Source of the DNA: Eledone cirrhosa
Taxonomy: Eukaryota
Length of the DNA stretch: 64,000 nucleotides
Assembly (NCBI GenBank): GCA_964016885.1
Contig: OZ024745.1
Coordinates: forward strand, 4,464,001-4,528,000
Reading direction: 5' to 3'
Translations under genes and position numbers: made by a program
The notes under the pieces: model-generated
What the model was told of the DNA's origin: nothing
The model's input: the letters and a program-made list of their open reading frames with translations, nothing else
Database searches by the model: none
Part shown: one piece after another, positions 15,001 to 27,214 of the stretch
Layout of the letters: the number at the start of each line of letters is the position of its first letter
Numbering within the stretch: the first letter of the stretch is position 1

Positions 15001-18000
15001 TAGAGTGTCTGATCAATATCAGTAAGTTAGTAGTATTGGTAGGGTGTCAGATCAGTATTGGTAAGTTAGTAGTATTGGTAGGGTGTCAGATCAGTATTGG
15101 TAAGTTAGTAGTATTGGTAGGGTGTCAGATCAGTATTGGTAAGTTAGTAGTATTGGTAGGGTGTCAGATCAGTATTGGTAAGTTAGTAGTATTGGTAGGG
15201 TGTCAGATCAGTATTGGTAAATTAGTAGTATTGGTAGGGTGTCAGATCAGTATCGGTAAGTTAGTAGTATTGGTAGAGTGTCAGATCAATATCAGTAAGT
15301 TAGTAGTATTGGTAGGGTGTCAGATCAGTATCGGTAAGTTAGTAGTATTGGTAGGGTGTCAGATTAGTATCGGTAAGTTAGTAGTATTGGTAGAGTGTCA
15401 GATCAATATCAGTAAGTTAGTAGTATTGGTAGGGTGTCAGATCAGTATTGGTAAGTTAGTAGTATTGGTAGGGTGTCAGATCAGTATCGGTAAGTTAGTA
15501 GTATTGGTAGAGTGTCAGATCAATATCAGTAAGTTAGTAGTATTGGTAGGGTGTCAGATCAGTATTGGTAAGTTAGTAGTATTGGTAGGGTGTCAGATCA
15601 GTATCGGTAAGTTAGTAGTATTGGTAGGGTGTCAGATCAATATCAGTAAGTTAGTAGTATTGGTAGAGTGTCAGATCAATATCAGTAAGTTAGTAGTATT
15701 GGTAGGGTGTCAGATCAGTATTGGTAAGTTAGTAGTATTGGTAGGGTGTCAGATCAATATCGGTAAGTTAGTAGTATTGGTAGGGTGTCAGATCAATATT
15801 GGTAAGTTAGTAGTATTGGTAGGGTGTCAGATCAGTATTGGTAAGTTAGTAGTATTGGTAGGGTGTCAGATCAGTATTGGTAAGTTAGTAGTATTGGTAG
15901 GGTGTCAGATCAGTATTGGTAAGTTAGTAGTATTGGTAGGGTGTCAGTTCAGTATTGGTAAGTTAGTAGTATTGGTAGGGTGTCAGATCAATATCAGTAA
16001 GTTAGTAGTATTGGTAGGGTGTCAGATCAGTATTGGTAAGTTAGTAGTATTGGTAGGGTGTCAGATCAGTATTGGTAAGTTAGTAGTATTGGTAGGGTGT
16101 CAGATCAGTATTGGTAAGTTGGTAGTATTGGTAGGGTGTCAGATCAATATCAGTAAGTTAGTAGTATTGGTAGGGTGGCAGATCAGTATTGGTAAGTTAG
16201 TAGTATTGGTAGGGTGTCAGATCAGTATTGGTAAGTTAGTAGTATTGGTAGGGTGTCAGATCAGTATTGGTAAGTTAGTAGTATTGGTAGGGTGTCAGAT
16301 AAGTATTGGTAAGTTAGTAGTATTGGTAGGGTGTCAGATCAGTATTAGTAAGTTAGTAGTATTGGTAGGGTGTCAGATCAATATCGGTAAGTTAGTAGTA
16401 TTGGTAGGGTGTCAGATCAGTATTGGTAAGTTAGTAGTATTAGTAGGGTGTCAGATCAATATCGGTAAGTTAGTAGTATTGGTAGGGTGTCAGATCAATA
16501 TCGGTAAGTTCGTAGTATTGGTAGGGTGTCAGATCAGTATTGGTAAGTTAGTAGTATTGGTAGGGTGTCAGATCAATATCAGTAAGTTAGTAGTATTGGT
16601 AGGGTGTCAGATCAGTATTGGTAAGTTAGTAGTATTGGTAGGGTGTCAGATCAATATCAGTAAGTTAGTAGTATTGGTAGGGTGTCAGATCAGTATTGGT
16701 AAGTTAGTAGTATTGGTAGGGTGTCAGATCAATATCGGTAAGTTAGTAGTATTGGTAGGGTGTCAGATCAGTATTAGTAAGTTAGTAGTATTGGTAGGGT
16801 GTCAGATCAATATCGGTAAGTTAGTAGTATTGGTAGGGTGTCAGATCAGTATTGGTAAGTTAGTAGTATTGGTAGGGTGTCAGATCAGTATTGGTAAGTT
16901 AGTAGTATTGGTAGGGTGTCAGATCAGTATCGGTAAGTTAGTAGTATTGGTAGGGTGTCAGTTCAATATCAGTAAGTTAGTAGTATTGGTAGGGTGTCAG
17001 ATCAGTATTGGTAAGTTAGTAGTATTGGTAGGGTGTCAGATCAGTATTGGTAAGTTAGTAGTATTGGTAGGGTGTCAGATCAGTATTGGTAAGTTAGTAG
17101 TATTGGTAGGGTGTCAGATCAGTATTGGTAATTAAGTAGTATTGGTAGGGTGTCAGATCAGTATTGGTAAGTTAGTAGTATTGGTAGGGTGTCAGATCAA
17201 TATCAGTAAGTTAGTAGTATTGGTAGGGTGTCAGATCAATATCAGTAAGTTAGTAGTATTGGTAGGGTGTCAGATCAGTATTGGTAAGTTAGTAGTATTG
17301 GTAGGGTGTCAGATCAGTATCGGTAAGTTAGTAGTATTGGTAGAGTGTCAGATCAATATCAGTAAGTTAGTAGTATTGGTAGGGTGTCAGATCAGTATTG
17401 GTAAGTTAGTAGTATTGGTAGGGTGTCAGATCAGTATTGGTAAGTTAGTAGTATTGGTAGGGTGTCAGATCAGTATTGGTAAGTTAGTAGTATTGGTAGG
17501 GTGTCAGATCAGTATTGGTAAGTTAGTAGTATTGGTAGGGTGTCAGATCAGTATCGGTAAGTTAGTAGTATTGGTAGAGTGTCAGATCAATATCAGTAAG
17601 TTAGTAGTATTGGTAGGGTGTCAGATCAGTATTGGTAAGTTAGTAGTATTGGTAGGGTGTCAGATCAATATCAGTAAGTTAGTAGTATTGGTAGGGTGTC
17701 AGATCAGTATTAGTAAGTTAGTAGTATTGGTAGGGTGTCAGATCAATATCGGTAAGTTAGTAGTATTGGTAGGGTGTCAGATCAGTATTGGTAAGTTAGT
17801 AGTATTAGTAGGGTGTCAGATCAATATCGGTAAGTTAGTAGTATTGGTAGGGTGTCAGATCAATATCGGTAAGTTAGTAGTATTGGTAGGGTGTCAGATC
17901 AATATCAGTAAGTTAGTAGTATTGGTAGGGTGTCAGATCAGTATTGGTAAGTTAGTAGTATTGGTAGGGTGTCAGATCAGTATTGGTAAGTTAGTAGTAT

Positions 18001-21000
18001 TGGTAGGGTGTCGGATCAATATCAGTAAGTTAGTAGTATTGGTAGGGTGTCAGATCAGTATTGGTAAGTTAGTAGTATTGGTAAGGTGTCAGATCAGTAT
18101 TGGTAAGTTAGTAGTATTGGTAGGGTGTCAGATCAGTATTAGTAAGTTAGTAGTATTGGTAGGGTGTCAGATCAATATCGGTAAGTTAGTAGTATTGGTA
18201 GGGTGTCAGATCAGTATTGGTAAGTTAGTAGTATTAGTAGGGTGTCAGATCAATATCGGTAAGTTAGTAGTATTGGTAGGGTGTCAGATCAATATCGGTA
18301 AGTTCGTAGTATTGGTAGGGTGTCAGATCAGTATTGGTAAGTTAGTAGTATTGGTAGGGTGTCAGATCAATATCAGTAAGTTAGTAGTATTGGTAGGGTG
18401 TCAGATCAGTATTGGTAAGTTAGTAGTATTGGTAGGGTGTCAGATCAATATCAGTAAGTTAGTAGTATTGGTAGGGTGTCAGATCAGTATTGGTAAGTTA
18501 GTAGTATTGGTAGGGTGTCAGATCAATATCGGTAAGTTAGTAGTATTGGTAGGGTGTCAGATCAGTATTAGTAAGTTAGTAGTATTGGTAGGGTGTCAGA
18601 TCAATATCGGTAAGTTAGTAGTATTGGTAGGGTGTCAGATCAGTATTGGTAAGTTAGTAGTATTGGTAGGGTGTCAGATCAGTATTGGTAAGTTAGTAGT
18701 ATTGGTAGGGTGTCAGATCAGTATCGGTAAGTTAGTAGTATTGGTAGGGTGTCAGTTCAATATCAGTAAGTTAGTAGTATTGGTAGGGTGTCAGATCAGT
18801 ATTGGTAAGTTAGTAGTATTGGTAGGGTGTCAGATCAGTATTGGTAAGTTAGTAGTATTGGTAGGGTGTCAGATCAGTATTGGTAAGTTAGTAGTATTGG
18901 TAGGGTGTCAGATCAGTATTGGTAATTAAGTAGTATTGGTAGGGTGTCAGATCAGTATTGGTAGGGTGTCAGATCAATATCAGTAAGTTAGTAGTATTGG
19001 TAGGGTGTCAGATCAGTATTGGTAAGTTAGTAGTATTGGTAGGGTGTCAGATCAGTATCGGTAAGTTAGTAGTATTGGTAGAGTGTCAGATCAATATCAG
19101 TAAGTTAGTAGTATTGGTAGGGTGTCAGATCAGTATTGGTAAGTTAGTAGTATTGGTAGGGTGTCATATCAGTATTGGTAAGTTAGTAGTATTGGTAGGG
19201 TGTCAGATCAGTATTGGTAAGTTAGTAGTATTGGTAGGGTGTCAGATCAGTATTGGTAAGTTAGTAGTATTGGTAGGGTGTCAGATCAGTATTGGTAAGT
19301 TAGTAGTATTGGTAGGGTGTCAGATCAGTATCGGTAAGTTAGTAGTATTGGTAGAGTGTCAGATCAATATCAGTAAGTTAGTAGTATTGGTAGGGTGTCA
19401 GATCAGTATTGGTAAGTTAGTAGTATTGGTAGGGTGTCAGATCAGTATCGGTAAGTTAGTAGTATTGGTAGGGTGTCAGATCAATATCAGTAAGTTAGTA
19501 GTATTGGTAGAGTGTCAGATCAATATCAGTAAGTTAGTAGTATTGGTAGGGTGTCAGATCAGTATTGGTAAGTTAGTAGTATTGGTAGGGTGTCAGATCA
19601 ATATCGGTAAGTTAGTAGTATTGGTAGGGTGTCAGATCAATATTGGTAAGTTAGTAGTATTGGTAGGGTGTCAGATCAGTATTGGTAAGTTAGTAGTATT
19701 GGTAGGGTGTCAGATCAATATCGGCAAGTTAGTAGTATTGGTAGGGTGTCAGATCAATATCGGTAAGTTAGTAGTATTGGTAGGGTGTCAAATCCGTATT
19801 GGTAAGTTAGTAGTATTGGTAGGGTGTCAGATCAATATCGGTAAGTTAGTAGTATTGGTAGGGTGTCAGATCAGTTTTGGTAAGTTAGTAGTATTGGTAG
19901 GGTGTCAGATCAATATTGGTAAGTTAGTAGTATTGGTAGGGTGTCAAATCAGTATTGGTAAGTTAGTAGTATTGGTAGGGTGTCAGATCAATATCGGTAA
20001 GTTAGTAGTATTGGTAGGGTGTCAGATCACTATTGGTAAGTTAGTAGTATTGGTAGGGTGTCAGATCAGTATTGGTAAGTTAGTAGTATTAGTAGGGTGT
20101 CAGATCAATATCGGTAAGTTAGTAGTATTGGTAGGGTGTCAGATCAATATTGGTAAGTTAGTAGTATTGGTAGGGTGTTAGATCAGTTTTGGTAAGTTAG
20201 TAGTATTGGTAGGGTGTCAGATCAGTATTGGTAAGTTAGTAGTATTGGTAGGGTGTCAGATCAATATCGGTAAGTTAGTAGTATTGGTAGGGTGTCAGAT
20301 CAATATTGGTAAGTTAGTAGTATTGGTAGGGTGTCAGATCTGTATTGGTAAGTTAGTAGTATTGGTAGGGTGTCAGATCAGTTTTGGTAAGTTAGTAGTA
20401 TTGGTAGGGTGTCAGATCAATATCGGTAAGATAGTAGTATTGGTAGGGTGTCAGATCAATATTGGTAAGTTAGTAGTATTGGTAGGGTGTCAGATCAATA
20501 TCGGTAAGTTAGTAGTATTGGTAGGGTGTCAGATTAATATCGGTAAGTTAGTAATATTGGTAGGGTGTCAGATCAATATCGGTAAGTTAGTAGTATTGGT
20601 AGGGTGTCAGATCAGTATCAGTAAGTTAGTAGTATTGGTAGGGTGTCAGATCAATATCGGTAAGTTAGTAGTATTGGTAGGGTGTCAGATCAATATCGGT
20701 AAGTTAGTAGTATTGGTAGGGTGTCAGATCAATATTGGTAAGTTAGTATTATTGGTAGGGTGTCAGATCAGTATTGGTAAGTTAGTAGTATTGGTAGGGT
20801 GTCAGATCAATTTTGGTAAGTTAGTAGTATTGGTAGGGTGTCAGATCAGTTTTGGTAAGTTAGTAGTATTGGTAGGGTATCAGATCAATATCGGTAAGTT
20901 AGTAGTATTGGTGGGGTGTCAGATCAATATTGGTAAGTTAGTAGTATTGGTAGGGTGTCAGATCAATATCGGTAAGTTAGTAGTATTGGTAGGGTGTGAG

Positions 21001-22840
21001 ATCAATATCGGTAAGTTAGTAGTATTGGTAGGGTGTCAGATCAATATCGGTAAGTTAGTAGTATTGGTAGGGTGTCAGATCAGTATCAGTAAGTTAGTAG
21101 TATTGGTAGGGTGTCAGATCAATATCAGTAAGTTAGTAGTATTGGTAGGGTGTCAGATCAGTATTGGTAAGTTAGTAGTATTGGTAGGGTGTCAGATCAA
21201 TATCGGTAAGTTAGTAGTATTGGTAGGGTGTCAGATCAATATTGGTAAGTTAGTAGTATTGGTAGGGTGTCAGATCAGTATTGGTAAGTTAGTAGTATTG
21301 GTAGGGTGTCAGATCAATATCGGTAAGTTAGTAGTATTGGTAGGGTGTCAGATCAATATCGGTAAGTTAGTAGTATTGGTAGGGTGTCAAATCAGTATTG
21401 GTAAGTTAGTAGTATTGGTAGGGTGTCAGATCAATATCGGTAAGTTAGTAGTATTGGTAGGGTGTCAGATCAGTTTTGGTAAGTTAGTAGTATTGGTAGG
21501 GTGTCAGATCAATATTGGTAAGTTAGTAGTATTGGTAGGGTGTCAAATCAGTATTGGTAAGTTAGTAGTATTGGTAGGGTGTCAGATCAATATCGGTAAG
21601 TTAGTAGTATTGGTAGGGTGTCAGATCACTATTGGTAAGTTAGTAGTATTGGTAGGGTGTCAGATCAGTATTGGTAAGTTAGTAGTATCGGTAGGGTGTC
21701 AGATCAATATCGGTAAGTTAGTAGTATTGGTAGGGTGTCAGATCAATATTGGTAAGTTAGTAGTATTGGTAGGGTGTTAGATCAGTTTTGGTAAGTTAGT
21801 AGTATTGGTAGGGTGTCAGATCAATATCGGTAAGTTAGTAGTATTGGTAGGGTGTCAGATCAATATTGGTAAGTTAGTAGTATTGGTAGGGTGTCAGATC
21901 AGTATTGGTAAGTTAGTAGTATTGGTAGGGTGTCAGATCAGTTTTGGTAAGTTAGTAGTATTGGTAGGGTGTCAGATCAATATTGGTAAGATAGTAGTAT
22001 TGGTAGGGTGTCAGATCAATATTGGTAAGTTAGTAGTATTGGTAGGGTGTCAGATCAATATTGGTAAGTTAGTAGTATTGGTAGGGTGTCAGATCAATAT
22101 TGGTAAGTTAGTAGTATTGGTAGGGTGTCAGATCAATATCGGTAAGTTAGTAGTATTGGTAGGGTGTCAGATCAGTATCAGTAAGTTAGTAGTATTGGTA
22201 GGGTGTCAGATCAATATCGGTAAGTTAGTAGTATTGGTAGGGTGTCAGATGAATATCGGTAAGTTAGTAGTATTGGTAGGGTGTCAGATCAGTATCAGTA
22301 AGTTAATAGTATTGGTAGGGTGTCAGATCAATATCGGTAAGTTAGTAGTATTGGTAGGGTGTCAGATCAATATCGGTAAGTTAGTAGTATTGGTAGGGTG
22401 TCAGATCAATATCGGTAAGTTAGTAGTATTGGTAGGGTGTCAGATCAATATCGGTAAGTTAGTAGTATTGGTAGGGTGTCAGATCAATATCGGTAAGTTA
22501 GTAGTATTGGTAGGGTGTCAGATCAATATCGGTAAGTTAGTAGTATTGGTAGGGCGTCAGATCAATACTGGTAAGTTAGTAGTATTGGTAGGGTGTCAGA
22601 TCAATATCGGTAAGTTAGTAGTATTGGTAGGGTGTCAGTTCAGTATTGGTAAGTTAGTAGTATTGGTAGGGTGTCAAATCAGTATTGGTAAGTTAGTAGT
22701 ATTGGTAGGGTGTCAGATCAATATCGGTAAGTTAGTAGTATTGGTAGGGTGTCAGATCAGTATTGGTAAGTTAGTAGTATTGGTAGGGTGTCAAATCAGT
22801 ATTGGTAAGTTAGTAGTATTGGTAGGGTGTCAGATCAATG
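1..22840 (+). repeat. 39-bp tandem satellite, consensus GGTAAGTTAGTAGTATTGGTAGGGTGTCAGATCAGTATT, roughly 580 units, open at the left window edge
   Basis: Continuous 39-bp periodicity with common variants (AATATCAG, AATATCGG). The decamer AGTATTGGTA occurs twice per unit, and occasional 22-bp deletion units occur. The ORF-track 13-aa repeats simply reflect 39 = 13 codons. Confidence 0.98.
2372..2571. other. Assembly gap (200 N) inside the satellite
   Basis: Run of exactly 200 N. Confidence 0.99.
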
Positions 22841-22905
22841 CTATCGTGATATTTAATTATGTTCTACTGAGGTCAACTTGGTCATCCTTCCGAGGTGAAG
22901 TGAGT
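22803..22905 (+). mobile_element. Decayed tRNA-SINE body continuing directly out of the last satellite unit
   Basis: GAGGTCAACTT (22869) and TCATCCTTCCGAGGT (22883) match GAGGTTAACTTTGCCTTTCATCCTTATGGGGT of the intact SINE at 33492-33680. Confidence 0.7.
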
Positions 22906-24579
22906 CTTCCAACATGTCATAGAACATGTCATTAATACTGAATAAATGTTACATAAACACACATGTGTGGTTAATATGTTACATAAACACACACATGTGG
23001 TTAATATGTTACATGAACACACACAAGTGCACATGCACATACACACACAAGTGCACATGCACACACACACACACACAATCAAAATTGCTGAATAATTTAT
23101 GTCAAACAAGTTCTTTGGGTAATTTTAAGGTTTTTTCCTGCCACATTTGAAGCCTTTAAATGAGGATTGTTCTCAATAGATGTTTAAACAATCTTTCAGA
23201 AGTCCCAGTTCCAAAATCAGTTAATATTTAAATCTGTAGGCCTTCTTCAGTCATTAATGACTATGTGTTTGCACCTAGAAAGTTCCCCTTGAGGCACAAT
23301 CCAGGTAAGGTGTTTTTGTGGGCGACCAGCAATCACCGATACAGTCTCTCCTCTCAACACCATAGATGGGAAAGACAAAGGGTGATACATCTTGACACCA
23401 ATGAGGTCGCAACTCATTTCTACTGAGTGAACCGGAACAGTGTGAAATAAAGTGTCTTGCTCAACGACTATTCTGTTATCAGTAGGAAGAATTATTTGGG
23501 TCTCTTAGCTAATTTGTCACTGGGACATTCAACTGTTAGATTGACCAATAATCTAACCTCAGTAAACTAGAAATTTCTGTGTAATCTTATGCATAATAAT
23601 GCAAATAATTTTAGCATAAAATTATGCGTGTTAATTTACTTCTGCATGTCTCTGTATATATACATAAATATATACACACAATTTTTATTAAGGAAAATTT
23701 CATTTTTTCAATGACTCTAAGAAATATATTTCCTTTTAAGGTATTCTGAGAGTTAAACATATTTTGGTGGATGCTATATTCTTTAATGTAAGGGTCTCGA
23801 CAGGACAATGTCACAATAAGAATACAAATTCTAATTTACTATTTTCAAAAGGTTTTTTACTAGATGTTTACTGCTGTTTAATTATTCCTAACAAAGAGCT
23901 CGTTCCCCAAAGCCTTATCAATTAGATTACAATTATTAGGGTTAGGGAATTTTGTTTTCATATGGTATCATACTTAAATTTTAATAGAAAAACTTTACAT
24001 TTCATGGCAAATTACAAAAAGGTAATTTCACGTACTATAAAGTGAAATTAGGCTGGCTACTTTTGGTACACACCAAAACATAAACACATTTCTGCTACAC
24101 ATACACATATTTAAATATGTGTATTGTACATACCAAAACATACAAACACATTTCTGCTACATATACACATATTTAAGTATCTGTGTTGTATGTGTATTCC
24201 TACCCTTCACATGTAAACACTATATAATTTATTAAAAATTTAGAAGTTTCAACATGTTTTCTTTTAATTATGAAAAATAGTCTTACAAATTCAGCATGAA
24301 AGCCCCCAAATGGAAAAAAGTTGGGCGACATTGTCTACTTTTTTCTGTCCAGAGGCTTTTATGACTAATTTGTTACAATATATTTCATAGTAAAAAGTTT
24401 AAGCTTCTAAATTTTCAATAAATCTGCTCAACGTTTGTAATAATAGATCACCTGAAGCTTAAGTTGTTCAGATGTCAACAAAGAGATTACTGTAATTCTG
24501 AAACATTCAATAAAATTATTGCAACTGTTTAAAATTTTGTCTTTTATTTTCTGTTGGTAATGCATGTTAATTTTTATGA

Positions 24580-25835
24580 TTTCTACAGCTGGATGTCTTT
24601 CCTAATGCCAACCACTTGACAGTGTGTACCATGTGTGTTGTATTGTGCTACCACCACTATCACCTGACAGAGTCAACTAGGTGCTTTCTTCATAGCACCA
24701 GCTGGCCTTCTGTTCTCCTTGGACATTATAAAATAAAATGATGTTGTTACTGCTGTTCTTGTCCAAAGATTGATACATTGGTACAAATAGACAGATAGGT
24801 AAATATACACACACACATATATATATATATTTGCTGATCCGTTGCCACAACAAAAGCACCCAGTCCATCCTGTAAGGTGTTGGTGTCATGACAAAAATCC
24901 TCCAGCTCACCCTGTAAAGTGGTCATTTTGGTGCCACGATAAAAAGCACCCAGTCTACCGCGTAACATGATTGGAATTAGGAAGGGCATCCAGCTATGGA
25001 AGCCAAGCCAAAATACAGATCTGAATGAGCATGACGTGGTCTCTGGACCTGATTTGTCTTATAACATGACAACCCATCTAACCTATGCAAGTGTGGAAAA
25101 TGGTTGTTAAACGACGATGAGGAGGATGTGTATATGTATTGTAAATGTGGTTGGTGTTAGGAAGGGCATCCAGCTGTAGAAAACCCGCCAGACAGTCCTA
25201 TGCGAGCAAGACAACCACTCTTGCCTCAAGTGGGAAAACTCCCGTCCAAACCCATGCAAGCGTGGAATATGGACGTTAAACGATGATGATGATGATGATG
25301 ATATGTATATATATATATATATAGAGAGAGAGAGAAACAGATAGGTAGGTAGATAGATATTGGTAAAAATAGACAAATAGGCAGGTATGTATATTACTAC
25401 TACTATATATATATATATATAAACCCATGGTAGCGTGGAAGATAGAAGTTAAACGATGATGATGATATACACCTCCATGTCCTAACTCCCCTCCCTTCAT
25501 CCATGTCCCGCCCCCTTTTACACCTCCCACGTCCTAACACTCCACCCACGCATGAACGCTGCCCTCCCATACACATCCCTAGCTCTATCTTCCCAATGCC
25601 ACCCAAGTCCCCAGTCTTCACTGTAAAGTGGTTGTGTAGGTGTCACGTCAAAAAGCACCCAGCCCCAACTGCAAACGTGGTTAGCGTTAGAAAGGGCAGC
25701 CAGCTGTAGAAACCAAGCCAAAATCAGTTCTGTATAAGCAAGACATGGTCACCTGTCCTGGCTTATCTCACAATGGGACAACTCGTCTAACCCATGCTAG
25801 CGTGGAAAAATGGACGTTAAATGGTGATGATGATA
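24580..25835. mobile_element. Cluster of SINE/LINE-tail fragments of the (GAT)n-tailed, RTE-related family
   Basis: Repeated motifs AAAGCACCCAGTCC, GTTAGGAAGGGCATCCAGCTGTAGAAA and CTAACCCATGC..GTGGAAAA.GGACGTTAAACGATGATG. Further copies near 34340-34895, 39150-39398, 41730, 42770, 44270-44430, 47730 and 48240. Confidence 0.75.
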
Positions 25836-26719
25836 TATTTTTGCCATTGCTGTTTAGCCTCAGATCAGCATTAATTGAGCAAGCGTATTCCAGCCTTGCC
25901 CATCCTGTCTTTTTAGAGGTATCTAGGACTATATTGTTTTTTTTTTATAAAGACAATAAGGATGTGATATGAGCGAATTTAACTGCCCTTTCTAGAAGGT
26001 CAAATCTCTCTTATTGGCTCAAATGAGATAAAGTAAATATGGCGGGAGGCTGAGAAAAGTGTGGTTACCTCTCCGCAGATCAACTCTGATAGACCTAAGC
26101 TTTAGTAAATACTAGACACAATCGTCTATTTTTACAGACTATATTATCCCATATATTGGCGGTAGTGAGAATGTCGGATGCTTTGTGTTCATTTCCTGTC
26201 AACAAATAAAGTACCAGTCTAGTACTGGCGTCGATTCTTCCTCTATCTCCATATCTCACTCTATCTTCTCCGGAAGAAATCAGCTATGTTCAGACCTGGA
26301 GAGAAGAAATGGGCTCCGCCAGGTTTAAAACTCAACTATGACAAACTCCATGTGACGATTGCGCTCTAATTATTTTAGAGGGTAGGGTGTTAATTTAGAG
26401 AGACTATTTCAAACAAATCAAGCCAACCACACCGCGGGGCAGCCAGCGTATATCCCTATCCCATTTTCTGTTAATAGTGAGAGATGAGGAGAAAGGGAGG
26501 CAGTTACAGTTTAGTTCCTATGTGTTCGGACCTTGTGTATATGTATATATTTATTTACCGCACCACATGTTACATACTTACATTTAACTGGTTGTAGAAC
26601 CCTTGCATTTCAGGAGTTAATTTTTACTTGATAAAAAGCTCTCAACGGAATATATTGACAGGGCATTTATTAATAACAATATGAAACGAGTTCGGCTCCG
26701 TGTAAGACATAATTGTTTA

Positions 26720-26810
26720 GCAGACGCCATAACTGTGAAGTGTTTAGTTTCACTTCCGCACATGCGCACAGTAAACTTCCTTTCATGGCGTCAGACTTAA
26801 CTGACGCAAA
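26720..26810. promoter_or_regulatory. Putative NSA2 core promoter, possibly bidirectional
   Basis: Locally CpG-enriched and just upstream of the ATG exon. Contains ETS-like ACTTCCG (26752), NRF1-like CATGCGCA (26761), pyrimidine initiator-like CTTCCTTTC (26776) and outward-facing YY1-like ATGGCGTC motifs (26723-26730 minus; 26785-26792 plus). Confidence 0.5.
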
Positions 26811-26889
26811 TCACACAATTGTTTTTCTCGTAAAAACAAAAACTTATTTTACATTTTAGAAAGGAGAACGTTACATATAACAACCAAAC

Positions 26890-26892
26890 ATG
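26890..26892 (+). CDS. NSA2: NSA2 coding exon 1 (ATG only)
   Basis: AAACATG|GTAAGT, a perfect donor; the next exon starts at Pro2. Confidence 0.8.
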
Positions 26893-27115
26893 GTAAGTAA
26901 GGTTTATAGTAAAATATCTCCGTCAGTAAATTGTGATAAAATGTTTTAGAAGTTTGTGTATTATCCCAGAATATTTACCAAACACGTGTTGGTGTTATAA
27001 CGTGTCTATAATTGTATTTATAATCTTAACTATATTTTATACAAGTTATACAATGATGGATATATATATATATCCATCATTGTATAACTTGTATAAAATA
27101 TAGTTAAGATTGTAA

Positions 27116-27149
<34 letters not shown>

Positions 27150-27180
27150 CTATCTATCTCTCTCTCTATATATATATATA

Positions 27181-27214
<34 letters not shown>

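Noticed and set aside
1-22840. CRISPR-like or telomeric array; a GGTAAGT donor-like motif in each unit
   Set aside because: No unique spacers, no cas genes and no TTAGGG repeats. Nothing suggests the donor-like motif is used.
117-22935. Very long ORFs of (VGCQISIGKLVVL)n
   Set aside because: A by-product of a 39-bp unit with one stop-free frame. They mostly start at TTG, are broken by random indels, and the unit is better explained as SINE-derived.
24277-24497. Minus-strand segment bounded by AG and GTAAGA, a possible second exon of the divergent gene
   Set aside because: All three frames contain stops and no homology was recognised
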